Below are positions 40,301-55,300 of a stretch of DNA of 64,000 bases, one piece after another (within the stretch, counting starts at the first letter, position 1; every line of letters begins with the position of its first letter). A program made the position numbers and the translations under genes. The DNA comes from Eledone cirrhosa (lineage: Eukaryota): NCBI GenBank assembly GCA_964016885.1, contig OZ024742.1:363754001-363818000 (forward strand), read 5' to 3'. Below the pieces are notes generated by a model that saw only the letters and a program-made list of their open reading frames with translations, had not been told where the DNA came from and ran no database searches.

Positions 40301-43300
40301 CTAAGTTGGTTAGAATGTCACATGGAACTATCCTTCCTGCTAAGTTGGTTAGAATGTCACATGGAACTATCCTTCCTGCTAAGTTGGTTAGAATGTCAGA
40401 TGGAACTATCCTTGGTGCTAAGTTGGTTAGAATGTCAGATGGAACTATCCTTGGTGCTAAGTTGGTTAGAATGTCACATGGAACTATCCTTGGTGCTAAG
40501 TTGGTTAGAATGTCAGATGGAACTATCCTTCCTGCTAAGTTGGTTAGAATGTCACATGGAACTATCCTTGGTGCTAAGTTGGTTAGAATGTCAGATGGAA
40601 CTATCCTTGGTGCTAAGTTGGTTAGAATGTCACATGGAACTATCCTTCCTGCTAAGTTGGTTAGAATGTCACATGGAACTATCCTTCCTGCTAAGTTGGT
40701 TAGAATGTCACATGGAACTATCCTTGGTGCTAAGTTGGTTAGAATGTCAGATGGAACTATCCTTGGTGCTAAGTTGGTTAGAATGTCAGATGGAACTATC
40801 CTTGGTGCTAAGTTGGTTACAATGTCAGATGGAACTATCCTTGGTGCTAAGTTGGTTAGAATGTCAGATGGAACTATCCTTGGTGCTAAGTTGGTTAGAA
40901 TGTCAGATGGAACTATCCTTGGTGCTAAGTTGGATAGAATGTCAGATGGAACTATCCTTCCTGCTAAGTTGGTTAGAATGTCAGATGGAACTATCCTTGG
41001 TGCTAAGTTGGTTAGAATGTCAGATGGAACTATCCTTCCTGCTAAGTTGGTTAGAATGTCAGATGGAACTATCCTTGGTGCTAAGTTGGTTAGAATGTCA
41101 CATGGAACTATCCTTCCTGCTAAGTTGGTTAGAATGTCACATGGAACTATCCTTCCTGCTAAGTTGGTTAGAATGTCAGATGGAACTATCCTTGGTGCTA
41201 AGTTGGTTAGAATGTCAGATGGAACTATCCTTGGTGCTAAGTTGGTTAGAATGTCACATGGAACTATCCTTCCTGCTAAGTTGGTTAGAATGTCACATGG
41301 AACTATCCTTCCTGCTAAGTTGGTTAGAATGTCAGATGGAACTATCCTTGGTGCTAAGTTGGTTAGAATGTCACATGGAACTATCCTTGGTGCTAAGTTG
41401 GTTAGAATGTCACATGGAACTATCCTTCCTGCTAAGTTGGTTAGAATGTCAGATGGAACTATCCTTGGTGCTAAGTTGGTTAGAATGTCAGATGGAACTA
41501 TCCTTGGTGCTAAGTTGGTTAGAATGTCACATGGAACTATCCTTGGTGCTAAGTTGGTTACAATGTCAGATGGAACTATCCTTCCTGCTAAGTTGGTTAG
41601 AATGTCACATGGAACTATCCTTGGTGCTAAGTTGGTTACAATGTCAGATGGAACTATCCTTGGTGCTAAGTTGGTTAGAATGTCACATGGAACTATCCTT
41701 GGTGCTAAGTTGGTTACAATGTCAGATGGAACTATCCTTCCTGCTAAGTTGGTTAGAATGTCACATGGAACTATCCTTGGTGCTAAGTTGGTTACAATGT
41801 CAGATGGAACTATCCTTCCTGCTAAGTTGGTTAGAATGTCACATGGAACTATCCTTGGTGCTAAGTTGGTTAGAATGTCACATGGAACTATCCTTGGTGC
41901 TAAGTTGGTTAGAATGTCACATGGAACTATCCTTGGTGCTAAGTTGGTTACAATGTCAGATGGAACTATCCTTCCTGCTAAGTTGGTTAGAATGTCACAT
42001 GGAACTATCCTTGGTGCTAAGTTGGTTACAATGTCAGATGGAACTATCCTTCCTGCTAAGTTGGTTAGAATGTCACATGGAACTATCCTTGGTGCTAAGT
42101 TGGTTAGAATGTCACATGGAACTATCCTTGGTGCTAAGTTGGTTAGAATGTCACATGGAACTATCCTTCCTGCTAAGTTGGTTAGAATGTCAGACGGAAC
42201 TATCCTTGGTGCTAAGTTGGTTAGAATGTCAGATGGAACTATCCTTGGTGCTAAGTTGGTTAGAATGTCAGATGGAACTATCCTTGCTGCTAAGTTGGTT
42301 AGAATGTCACATGGAACTATCCTTCCTGCTAAGTTGGTTAGAATGTCAGATGGAACTATCCTTGGTGCTAAGTTGGTTAGAATGTCACATGGAACTATCC
42401 TTCCTGCTAAGTTGGTTAGAATGTCAGATGGAACTATCCTTGGTGCTAAGTTGGTTAGAATGTCACATGGAACTATCCTTGGTGCTAAGTTGGTTAGAAT
42501 GTCAGATGGAACTATCCTTCCTGCTAAGTTGGTTAGAATGTCAGATGGAACTATCCTTGGTGCTAAGTTGGTTAGAATGTCAGATGGAACTATCCTTCCT
42601 GCTAAGTTGGTTAGAATGTCACATGGAACTATCCTTGGTGCTAAGTTGGTTACAATGTCAGATGGAACTATCCTTGGTGCTAAGTTGGTTAGAATGTCAC
42701 ATGGAACTATCCTTGGTGCTAAGTTGGTTAGAATGTCAGATGGAACTATCCTTGGTGCTAAGTTGGTTAGAATGTCACATGGAACTATCCTTGGTGCTAA
42801 GTTGGTTAGAATGTCAGATGGAACTATCCTTCCTGCTAAGTTGGTTAGAATGTCAGATGGAACTATCCTTGGTGCTAAGTTGGTTAGAATGTCAGATGGA
42901 ACTATCCTTGGTGCTAAGTTGGTTAGAATGTCACATGGAACTATCCTTGGTGCTAAGTTGGTTACAATGTCAGATGGAACTATCCTTCCTGCTAAGTTGG
43001 TTAGAATGTCACATGGAACTATCCTTGGTGCTAAGTTGGTTACAATGTCAGATGGAACTATCCTTGGTGCTAAGTTGGTTAGAATGTCACATGGAACTAT
43101 CCTTGGTGCTAAGTTGGTTACAATGTCAGATGGAACTATCCTTCCTGCTAAGTTGGTTAGAATGTCACATGGAACTATCCTTGGTGCTAAGTTGGTTACA
43201 ATGTCAGATGGAACTATCCTTCCTGCTAAGTTGGTTAGAATGTCACATGGAACTATCCTTGGTGCTAAGTTGGTTAGAATGTCACATGGAACTATCCTTG

Positions 43301-46300
43301 GTGCTAAGTTGGTTAGAATGTCACATGGAACTATCCTTGGTGCTAAGTTGGTTACAATGTCAGATGGAACTATCCTTCCTGCTAAGTTGGTTAGAATGTC
43401 ACATGGAACTATCCTTGGTGCTAAGTTGGTTACAATGTCAGATGGAACTATCCTTCCTGCTAAGTTGGTTAGAATGTCACATGGAACTATCCTTGGTGCT
43501 AAGTTGGTTAGAATGTCACATGGAACTATCCTTGGTGCTAAGTTGGTTAGAATGTCACATGGAACTATCCTTGCTGCTAAGTTGGTTAGAATGTCAGATG
43601 GAACTATCCTTCCTGCTAAGTTGGTTAGAATGTCACATGGAACTATCCTTGGTGCTAAGTTGGTTAGAATGTCACATGGAACTATCCTTGGTGCTAAGTT
43701 GGTTAGAATGTCACATGGAACTATCCTTGGTGCTAAGTTGGTTACAATGTCAGATGGAACTATCCTTCCTGCTAAGTTGGTTAGAATGTCACATGGAACT
43801 ATCCTTCCTGCTAAGTTGGTTAGAATGTCAGATGGAACTATCCTTCCTGCTAAGTTGGTTAGAATGTCACATGGAACTATCCTTCCTGCTAAGTTGGTTA
43901 GAATGTCACATGGAACTATCCTTGGTGCTAAGTTGGTTAGAATGTCACATGGAACTATCCTTGGTGCTAAGTTGGTTACAATGTCAGATGGAACTATCCT
44001 TCCTGCTAAGTTGGTTAGAATGTCACATGGAACTATCCTTGGTGCTAAGTTGGTTACAATGTCAGATGGAACTATCCTTCCTGCTAAGTTGGTTAGAATG
44101 TCACATGGAACTATCCTTGGTGCTAAGTTGGTTACAATGTCAGATGGAACTATCCTTCCTGCTAAGTTGGTTAGAATGTCAGATGGAACTATCCTTGGTG
44201 CTAAGTTGGTTAGAATGTCAGATGGAACTATCCTTGGTGCTAAGTTGGTTAGAATGTCAGATGGAACTATCCTTCCTGCTAAGTTGGTTAGAATGTCACA
44301 TGGAACTATCCTTGGTGCTAAGTTGGTTAGAATGTCACATGGAACTATCCTTGGTGCTAAGTTGGTTAGAATGTCACATGGAACTATCCTTGCTGCTAAG
44401 TTGGTTAGAATGTCAGATGGAACTATCCTTCCTGCTAAGTTGGTTAGAATGTCACATGGAACTATCCTTGGTGCTAAGTTGGTTAGAATGTCACATGGAA
44501 CTATCCATGGTGCTAAGTTGGTTAGAATGTCACATGGAACTATCCTTGCTGCTAAGTTGGTTAGAATGTCAGATGGAACTATCCTTCCTGCTAAGTTGGT
44601 TAGAATGTCACATGGAACTATCCTTCCTGCTAAGTTGGTTAGAATGTCACATGGAACTATCCTTCCTGCTAAGTTGGTTAGAATGTCACATGGAACTATC
44701 CTTCCTGCTAAGTTGGTTAGAATGTCACATGGAACTATCCAAGCTGCTAAGTTGGTTAGAATGTCAGATGGAACTATCCTTGGTGCTAAGTTGGTTAGAA
44801 TGTCACATGGAACTATCCTTGGTGCTAAGTTGGTTAGAATGTCACATGGAACTATCCTTGCTGCTAAGTTGGTTAGAATGTCAGATGGAACTATCCTTCC
44901 TGCTAAGTTGGTTAGAATGTCACATGGAACTATCCTTCCTGCTAAGTTGGTTAGAATGTCAGATGGAACTATCCTTCCTGCTAAGTTGGTTAGAATGTCA
45001 CATGGAACTATCCTTGGTGCTAAGTTGGTTAGAATGTCACATGGAACTATCCTTGCTGCTAAGTTGGTTAGAATGTCAGATGGAACTATCCTTCCTGCTA
45101 AGTTGGTTAGAATGTCAGATGGAACTATCCTTGGTGCTAAGTTGGTTAGAATGTCAGATGGAACTATCCTTGGTGCTAAGTTGGTTAGAATGTCACATGG
45201 AACTATCCTTGGTGCTAAGTTGGTTAGAATGTCAGATGGAACTATCCTTGGTGCTAAGTTGGTTAGAATGTCACATGGAACTATCCTTGGTGCTAAGTTG
45301 GTTAGAATGCCAGATGGAACTATCCTTGGTGCTAAGTTGGTTAGAATGTCAGATGGAACTATCCTTGGTGCTAAGTTGGTTAGAATGTCACATGGAACTA
45401 TCCTTGCTGCTAAGTTGGTTAGAATGTCACATGGAACTATCCTTCCTGCTAAGTTGGTTAGAATGTCAGATGGAACTATCCTTGGTGCTAAGTTGGTTAG
45501 AATGTCACATGGAACTATCCTTGCTGCTAAGTTGGTTAGAATGTCACATGGAACTATCCTTCCTGCTAAGTTGGTTAGAATGTCAGATGGAACTATCCTT
45601 GCTGCTAAGTTGGTTAGAATGTCAGATGGAACTATCCTTGGTGCTAAGTTGGTTAGAATGTCACATGGAACTATCCTTGGTGCTAAGTTGGTTAGAATGT
45701 CAGATGGAACTATCCTTGGTGCTAAGTTGGTTAGAATGTCACATGGAACTATCCTTCCTGCTAAGTTGGTTAGAATGTCACATGGAACTATCCTTCCTGC
45801 TAAGTTGGTTAGAATGTCAGATGGAACTATCCTTGGTGCTAAGTTGGTTAGAATGTCACATGGAACTATCCTTGGTGCTAAGTTGGTTAGAATGTCAGAT
45901 GGAACTATCCTTGGTGCTGAGTTGGTTAGAATGTCACATGGAACTATCCTTCCTGCTAAGTTGGTTAGAATGTCAGATGGAACTATCCTTGGTGCTAAGT
46001 TGGTTAGAATGTCACATGGAACTATCCTTCCTGCTAAGTTGGTTAGAATGTCAGATGGAACTATCCTTCCTGCTAAGTTGGTTAGAATGTCACATGGAAC
46101 TATCCTTCCTGCTAAGTTGGTTAGAATGTCAGATGGAACTATCCTTCCTGCTAAGTTGGTTAGAATGTCACATGGAACTATCCTTCCTGCTAAGTTGGTT
46201 AGAATGTCAGATGGAACTATCCTTGCTGCTAAGTTGGTTAGAATGTCAGATGGAACTATCCTTGCTGCTAAGTTGGTTAGAATGTCAGATGGATCTATCC

Positions 46301-49300
46301 TTGGTGCTAAGTTGGTTAGAATGTCAGATGGAACTATCCTTGGTGCTAAGTTGGTTAGAATGTCAGATGGAACTATCCTTGGTGCTAAGTTGGTTAGAAT
46401 GTCACATGGAACTATCCTTCCTGCTAAGTTGGTTAGAATGTCAGATGGAACTATCCTTCCTGCTAAGTTGGTTAGAATGTCAGATGGAACTATCCTTGGT
46501 GCTAAGTTGGTTAGAATGTCACATGGAACTATCCTTGGTGCTAAGTTGGTTAGAATGTCACATGGAACTATCCTTCCTGCTAAGTTGGTTAGAATGTCAG
46601 ATGGAACTATCCTTGGTGCTAAGTTGGTTAGAATGTCAGATGGAACTATCCTTGGTGCTAAGTTGGTTAGAATGTCACATGGAACTATCCTTCCTGCTAA
46701 GTTGGTTAGAATGTCAGATGGAACTATCCTTCCTGCTAAGTTGGTTAGAATGTCAGATGGAACTATCCTTGGTGCTAAGTTGGTTAGAATGTCACATGGA
46801 ACTATCCTTCCTGCTAAGTTGGTTAGAATGTCACATGGAACTATCCTTCCTGCTAAGTTGGTTAGAATGTCAGATGGAACTATCCTTGGTGCTAAGTTGG
46901 TTAGAATGTCAGATGGAACTATCCTTGGTGCTAAGTTGGTTAGAATGTCACATGGAACTATCCTTCCTGCTAAGTTGGTTAGAATGTCACATGGAACTAT
47001 CCTTCCTGCTAAGTTGGTTAGAATGTCACATGGAACTATCCTTCCTGCTAAGTTGGTTAGAATGTCAGATGGAACTATCCTTGGTGCTAAGTTGGTTAGA
47101 ATGTCACATGGAACTATCCTTGGTGCTAAGTTGGTTACAATGTCAGATGGAACTATCCTTCCTGCTAAGTTGGTTAGAATGTCACATGGAACTATCCTTG
47201 GTGCTAAGTTGGTTACAATGTCAGATGGAACTATCCTTGGTGCTAAGTTGGTTAGAATGTTAGATGGAACTATCCTTGCTGCTAAGTTGGTTAGAATGTC
47301 ACATGGAACTATCCTTGGTGCTAAGTTGGTTAGAATGTCAGATGGAACTATCCTTCCTGCTAAGTTGGTTAGAATGTCAGATGGAACTATCCTTGGTGCT
47401 AAGTTGGTTAGAATGTCAGATGGAACTATCCTTGGTGCTAAGTTGGTTAGAATGTCACATGGAACTATCCTTGGTGCTAAGTTGGTTAGAATGTCAGATG
47501 GAACTATCCTTCCTGCTAAGTTGGTTAGAATGTCAGATGGAACTATCCTTGGTGCTAAGTTGGTTAGAATGTCAGATGGAACTATCCTTGGTGCTAAGTT
47601 GGTTAGAATGTCACATGGAACTATCCTTGGTGCTAAGTTGGTTACAATGTCAGATGGAACTATCCTTCCTGCTAAGTTGGTTAGAATGTCACATGGAACT
47701 ATCCTTGGTGCTAAGTTGGTTACAATGTCAGATGGAACTATCCTTGGTGCTAAGTTGGTTAGAATGTCACATGGAACTATCCTTGGTGCTAAGTTGGTTA
47801 GAATGTCAGATGGAACTATCCTTCCTGCTAAGTTGGTTAGAATGTCACATGGAACTATCCTTGGTGCTAAGTTGGTTACAATGTCAGATGGAACTATCCT
47901 TCCTGCTAAGTTGGTTAGAATGTCACATGGAACTATCCTTGGTGCTAAGTTGGTTACAATGTCAGATGGAACTATCCTTCCTGCTAAGTTGGTTAGAATG
48001 TCACATGGAACTATCCTTGGTGCTAAGTTGGTTACAATGTCAGATGGAACTATCCTTGGTGCTAAGTTGGTTAGAATGTCAGATGGAACTATCCTTGGTG
48101 CTAAGTTGGTTAGAATGTCACATGGAACTATCCTTGGTGCTAAGTTGGTTACAATGTCAGATGGAACTATCCTTGGTGCTAAGTTGGTTACAATGTCAGA
48201 TGGAACTATCCTTCCTGCTAAGTTGGTTAGAATGTCACATGGAACTATCCTTGGTGCTAAGTTGGTTAGAATGTCAGATGGAACTATCCTTGGTGCTAAG
48301 TTGGTTAGAATGTCACATGGAACTATCCTTGGTGCTAAGTTGGTTAGAATGTCAGATGGAACTATCCTTGGTGCTAAGTTGGTTAGAATGTCAGATGGAA
48401 CTATCCTTGGTGCTAAGTTGGTTAGAATGTCACATGGAACTATCCTTGGTGCTAAGTTGGTTAGAATGTCAGATGGAACTATCCTTGGTGCTAAGTTGCT
48501 TACAATGTCAGATGGAACTATCCTTGGTGCTAAGTTGGTTAGAATGTCAGATGGAACTATCCTTGGTGCTAAGTTGGTTAGAATGTCACATGGAACTATC
48601 CTTGGTGCTAAGTTGGTTACAATGTCAGATGGAACTATCCTTCCTGCTAAGTTGGTTACAATGTCAGATGGAACTATCCTTCCTGCTAAGTTGGTTAGAA
48701 TGTCACATGGAACTATCCTTGGTGCTAAGTTGGTTACAATGTCAGATGGAACTATCCTTCCTGCTAAGTTGGTTAGAATGTCACATGGAACTATCCTTGG
48801 TGCTAAGTTGGTTAGAATGTCAGATGGAACTATCCTTGGTGCTAAGTTGGTTAGAATGTCACATGGAACTATCCTTGGTGCTAAGTTGGTTACAATGTCA
48901 GATGGAACTATCCTTCCTGCTAAGTTGGTTAGAATGTCAGATGGAACTATCCTTCCTGCTAAGTTGGTTAGAATGTCACATGGAACTATCCTTGGTGCTA
49001 AGTTGGTTACAATATCAGATGGAACTATCCTTCCTGCTAAGTTGGTTAGAATGTCACATGGAACTATCCTTGGTGCTAAGTTGGTTACAATGTCAGATGG
49101 AACTATCCTTGGTGCTAAGTTGGTTAGAATGTCAGATGGAACTATCCTTGGTGCTAAGTTGGTTAGAATGTCAGATGGAACTATCCTTGGTGCTAAGTTG
49201 GTTAGAATGTCAGATGGAACTATCCTTGCTGCTAAGTTGGTTACAATGTCAGATGGAACTATCCTTCCTGCTAAGTTGGTTAGAATGTCAGATGGAACTA

Positions 49301-52300
49301 TCCTTGGTGCTAAGTTGGTTAGAATGTCAGATGGAACTATCCAAGCTGCTAAGTTGGTTACAATGTCAGATGGAACTATCCTTCCTGCTAAGTTGGTTAG
49401 AATGTCAGATGGAACTATCCTTGGTGCTAAGTTGGTTAGAATGTCAGATGGAACTATCCTTGGTGCTAAGTTGGTTAGAATGTCAGATGGAACTATCCTT
49501 GGTGCTAAGTTGGTTAGAATGTCAGATGGAACTATCCTTGCTGCTAAGTTGGTTACAATGTCAGATGGAACTATCCTTCCTGCTAAGTTGGTTAGAATGT
49601 CAGATGGAACTATCCTTGGTGCTAAGTTGGTTAGAATGTCAGATGGAACTATCCAAGCTGCTAAGTTGGTTACAATGTCAGATGGAACTATCCTTCCTGC
49701 TAAGTTGGTTAGAATGTCAGATGGAACTATCCTTGGTGCTAAGTTGGTTAGAATGTCAGATGGAACTATCCTTGGTGCTAAGTTGGTTAGAATGTCAGAT
49801 GGAACTATCCTTGGTGCTAAGTTGGTTAGAATGTCACATGGAACTATCCTTGGTGCTAAGTTGGTTAGAATGTCAGATGGAACTATCCTTCCTGCTAAGT
49901 TGGTTAGAATGTCACATGGAACTATCCTTGGTGCTAAGTTGGTTAGAATGTCAGATGGAACTATCCTTGGTGCTAAGTTGGTTACAATGTCAGATGGAAC
50001 TATCCTTCCTGCTAAGTTGGTTAGAATGTCAGATGGAACTATCCTTGGTGCTAAGTTGGTTAGAATGTCAGATGGAACTATCCTTGGTGCTAAGTTGGTT
50101 AGAATGTCAGATGGAACTATCCTTCCTGCTAAGTTGGTTAGAATGTCAGATGGAACTATCCTTCCTGCTAAGTTGGTTAGAATGTCAGATGGAACTATCC
50201 TTCCTGCTAAGTTGGTTAGAATGTCAGATGGAACTATCCTTGGTGCTAAGTTGGTTAGAATGTCACATGGAACTATCCTTGGTGCTAAGTTGGTTAGAAT
50301 GTCACATGGAACTATCCTTGCTGCTAAGTTGGTTAGAATGTCAGATGGAACTATCCTTCCTGCTAAGTTGGTTAGAATGTCAAATGGAACTATCCTTGGT
50401 GCTAAGTTGGTTAGAATGTCACATGGAACTATCCTTGGTGCTAAGTTGGTTAGAATGTCACATGGAACTATCCTTGCTGCTAAGTTGGTTAGAATGTCAG
50501 ATGGAACTATCCTTCCTGCTAAGTTGGTTAGAATGTCACATGGAACTATCCTTCCTGCTAAGTTGGTTAGAATGTCACATGGAACTATCCTTCCTGCTAA
50601 GTTGGTTAGAATGTCACATGGAACTATCCTTCCTGCTAAGTTGGTTAGAATGTCACATGGAACTATCCAAGCTGCTAAGTTGGTTAGAATGTCAGATGGA
50701 ACTATCCTTGGTGCTAAGTTGGTTAGAATGTCACATGGAACTATCCTTGGTGCTAAGTTGGTTAGAATGTCACATGGAACTATCCTTGCTGCTAAGTTGG
50801 TTAGAATGTCAGATGGAACTATCCTTCCTGCTAAGTTGGTTAGAATGTCACATGGAACTATCCTTCCTGCTAAGTTGGTTAGAATGTCAGATGGAACTAT
50901 CCTTCCTGCTAAGTTGGTTAGAATGTCACATGGAACTATCCTTCCTGCTAAGTTGGTTAGAATGTCACATGGAACTATCCAAGCTGCTAAGTTGGTTAGA
51001 ATGTCAGATGGAACTATCCTTGCTGCTAAGTTGGTTAGAATGTCAGATGGAACTATCCTTGCTGCTAAGTTGGTTAGAATGTCAGATGGAACTATCCTTG
51101 GTGCTAAGTTGGTTAGAATGTCACATGGAACTATCCTTCCTGCTAAGTTGGTTAGAATGTCACATGGAACTATCCTTCCTGCTAAGTTGGTTAGAATGTC
51201 AGATGGAACTATCCTTGGTGCTAAGTTGGTTAGAATGTCAGATGGAACTATCCTTGGTGCTAAGTTGGTTAGAATGTCACATGGAACTATCCTTGGTGCT
51301 AAGTTGGTTAGAATGTCAGATGGAACTATCCTTCCTGCTAAGTTGGTTAGAATGTCACATGGAACTATCCTTGGTGCTAAGTTGGTTAGAATGTCAGATG
51401 GAACTATCCTTGGTGCTAAGTTGGTTAGAATGTCACATGGAACTATCCTTCCTGCTAAGTTGGTTAGAATGTCACATGGAACTATCCTTCCTGCTAAGTT
51501 GGTTAGAATGTCACATGGAACTATCCTTGGTGCTAAGTTGGTTAGAATGTCAGATGGAACTATCCTTGGTGCTAAGTTGGTTAGAATGTCAGATGGAACT
51601 ATCCTTGGTGCTAAGTTGGTTAGAATGTCAGATGGAACTATCCTTGGTGCTAAGTTGGTTAGAATGTCAGATGGAACTATCCTTGGTGCTAAGTTGGTTA
51701 GAATGTCAGATGGAACTATCCTTGGTGCTAAGTTGGATAGAATGTCAGATGGAACTATCCTTCCTGCTAAGTTGGTTAGAATGTCAGATGGAACTATCCT
51801 TGGTGCTGAGTTGGTTAGAATGTCAGATGGAACTATCCTTCCTGCTAAGTTGGTTAGAATGTCAGATGGAACTATCCTTGGTGCTAAGTTGGTTAGAATG
51901 TCACATGGAACTATCCTTCCTGCTAAGTTGGTTAGAATGTCAGATGGAACTATCCTTGGTGCTAAGTTGGTTAGAATGTCAGATGGAACTATCCTTGGTG
52001 CTAAGTTGGTTAGAATGTCAGATGGAACTATCCTTCCTGCTAAGTTGGTTAGAATGTCAGATGGAACTATCCTTCCTGCTAAGTTGGTTAGAATGTCACA
52101 TGGAACTATCCTTCCTGCTAAGTTGGTTAGAATGTCAGATGGAACTATCCTTGGTGCTAAGTTGGTTAGAATGTCACATGGAACTATCCTTCCTGCTAAG
52201 TTGGTTAGAATGTCAGATGGAACTATCCTTGGTGCTAAGTTGGTTAGAATGTCACATGGAACTATCCTTGGTGCTAAGTTGGTTACAATGTCAGATGGAA

Positions 52301-55300
52301 CTATCCTTCCTGCTAAGTTGGTTAGAATGTCACATGGAACTATCCTTGGTGCTAAGTTGGTTACAATGTCAGATGGAACTATCCTTGGTGCTAAGTTGGT
52401 TAGAATGTCACATGGAACTATCCTTGGTGCTAAGTTGGTTAGAATGTCAGATGGAACTATCCTTGGTGCTAAGTTGGTTAGAATGTCACATGGAACTATC
52501 CTTGGTGCTAAGTTGGTTAGAATGTCAGATGGAACTATCCTTCCTGCTAAGTTGGTTAGAATGTCAGATGGAACTATCCTTGGTGCTAAGTTGGTTAGAA
52601 TGTCAGATGGAACTATCCTTGGTGCTAAGTTGGTTAGAATGTCACATGGAACTATCCTTGGTGCTAAGTTGGTTACAATGTCAGATGGAACTATCCTTCC
52701 TGCTAAGTTGGTTAGAATGTCACATGGAACTATCCTTGGTGCTAAGTTGGTTACAATGTCAGATGGAACTATCCTTGGTGCTAAGTTGGTTAGAATGTCA
52801 CATGGAACTATCCTTGGTGCTAAGTTGGTTACAATGTCAGATGGAACTATCCTTCCTGCTAAGTTGGTTAGAATGTCACATGGAACTATCCTTGGTGCTA
52901 AGTTGGTTACAATGTCAGATGGAACTATCCTTGGTGCTAAGTTGGTTAGAATGTCACATGGAACTATCCTTGGTGCTAAGTTGGTTACAATGTCAGATGG
53001 AACTATCCTTCCTGCTAAGTTGGTTAGAATGTCACATGGAACTATCCTTGGTGCTAAGTTGGTTAGAATGTCACATGGAACTATCCTTGGTGCTAAGTTG
53101 GTTAGAATGTCACATGGAACTATCCTTGGTGCTAAGTTGGTTAGAATGTCAGATGGAACTATCCTTGGTGCTAAGTTGGTTAGAATGTCACATGGAACTA
53201 TCCTTGGTGCTAAGTTGGTTACAATGTCAGATGGAACTATCCTTCCTGCTAAGTTGGTTAGAATGTCACATGGAACTATCCTTGGTGCTAAGTTGGTTAC
53301 AATGTCAGATGGAACTATCCTTCCTGCTAAGTTGGTTAGAATGTCACATGGAACTATCCTTGGTGCTAAGTTGGTTACAATGTCAGATGGAACTATCCTT
53401 CCTGCTAAGTTGGTTAGAATGTCAGATGGAACTATCCTTCCTGCTAAGTTGGTTAGAATGTCAGATGGAACTATCCTTGGTGCTAAGTTGGTTAGAATGT
53501 CAGATGGAACTATCCTTCCTGCTAAGTTGGTTAGAATGTCACATGGAACTATCCTTGGTGCTAAGTTGGTTAGAATGTCACATGGAACTATCCTTGGTGC
53601 TAAGTTGGTTAGAATGTCACATGGAACTATCCTTGCTGCTAAGTTGGTTAGAATGTCAGATGGAACTATCCTTCCTGCTAAGTTGGTTAGAATGTCACAT
53701 GGAACTATCCTTGGTGCTAAGTTGGTTAGAATGTCACATGGAACTATCCTTGGTGCTAAGTTGGTTAGAATGTCACATGGAACTATCCTTGCTGCTAAGT
53801 TGGTTAGAATGTCAGATGGAACTATCCTTCCTGCTAAGTTGGTTAGAATGTCACATGGAACTATCCTTCCTGCTAAGTTGGTTAGAATGTCACATGGAAC
53901 TATCCTTCCTGCTAAGTTGGTTAGAATGTCACATGGAACTATCCTTCCTGCTAAGTTGGTTAGAATGTCACATGGAACTATCCAAGCTGCTAAGTTGGTT
54001 AGAATGTCAGATGGAACTATCCTTGGTGCTAAGTTGGTTAGAATGTCACATGGAACTATCCTTGGTGCTAAGTTGGTTAGAATGTCACATGGAACTATCC
54101 TTGCTGCTAAGTTGGTTAGAATGTCAGATGGAACTATCCTTCCTGCTAAGTTGGTTAGAATGTCACATGGAACTATCCTTGGTGCTAAGTTGGTTACAAT
54201 GTCAGATGGAACTATCCTTCCTGCTAAGTTGGTTAGAATGTCAGATGGAACTATCCTTGGTGCTAAGTTGGTTAGAATGTCACATGGAACTATCCTTGCT
54301 GCTAAGTTGGTTAGAATGTCAGATGGAACTATCCTTCCTGCTAAGTTGGTTAGAATGTCACATGGAACTATCCTTCCTGCTAAGTTGGTTAGAATGTCAG
54401 ATGGAACTATCCTTCCTGCTAAGTTGGTTAGAATGTCACATGGAACTATCCTTGGTGCTAAGTTGGTTACAATGTCAGATGGAATTATCCTTCCTGCTAA
54501 GTTGGTTAGAATGTCAGATGGAACTATCCTTGGTGCTAAGTTGGTTAGAATGTCAGATGGAACTATCCTTGGTGCTAAGTTGGTTAGAATGTCACATGGA
54601 ACTATCCTTGGTGCTAAGTTGGTTAGAATGTCAGATGGAACTATCCTTGGTGCTAAGTTGGTTAGAATGTCACATGGAACTATCCTTGGTGCTAAGTTGG
54701 TTAGAATGCCAGATGGAACTATCCTTGGTGCTAAGTTGGTTAGAATGTCAGATGGAACTATCCTTGGTGCTAAGTTGGTTAGAATGTCACATGGAACTAT
54801 CCTTGCTGCTAAGTTGGTTAGAATGTCACATGGAACTATCCTTCCTGCTAAGTTGGTTAGAATGTCAGATGGAACTATCCTTGGTGCTAAGTTGGTTAGA
54901 ATGTCACATGGAACTATCCTTGCTGCTAAGTTGGTTAGAATGTCACATGGAACTATCCTTCCTGCTAAGTTGGTTAGAATGTCAGATGGAACTATCCTTG
55001 CTGCTAAGTTGGTTAGAATGTCAGATGGAACTATCCTTGGTGCTAAGTTGGTTAGAATGTCACATGGAACTATCCTTGGTGCTAAGTTGGTTAGAATGTC
55101 ACATGGAACTATCCTTGGTGCTAAGTTGGTTAGAATGTCACATGGAACTATCCTTCCTGCTAAGTTGGTTAGAATGTCACATGGAACTATCCTTCCTGCT
55201 AAGTTGGTTAGAATGTCAGATGGAACTATCCTTGGTGCTAAGTTGGTTAGAATGTCACATGGAACTATCCTTGGTGCTAAGTTGGTTAGAATGTCAGATG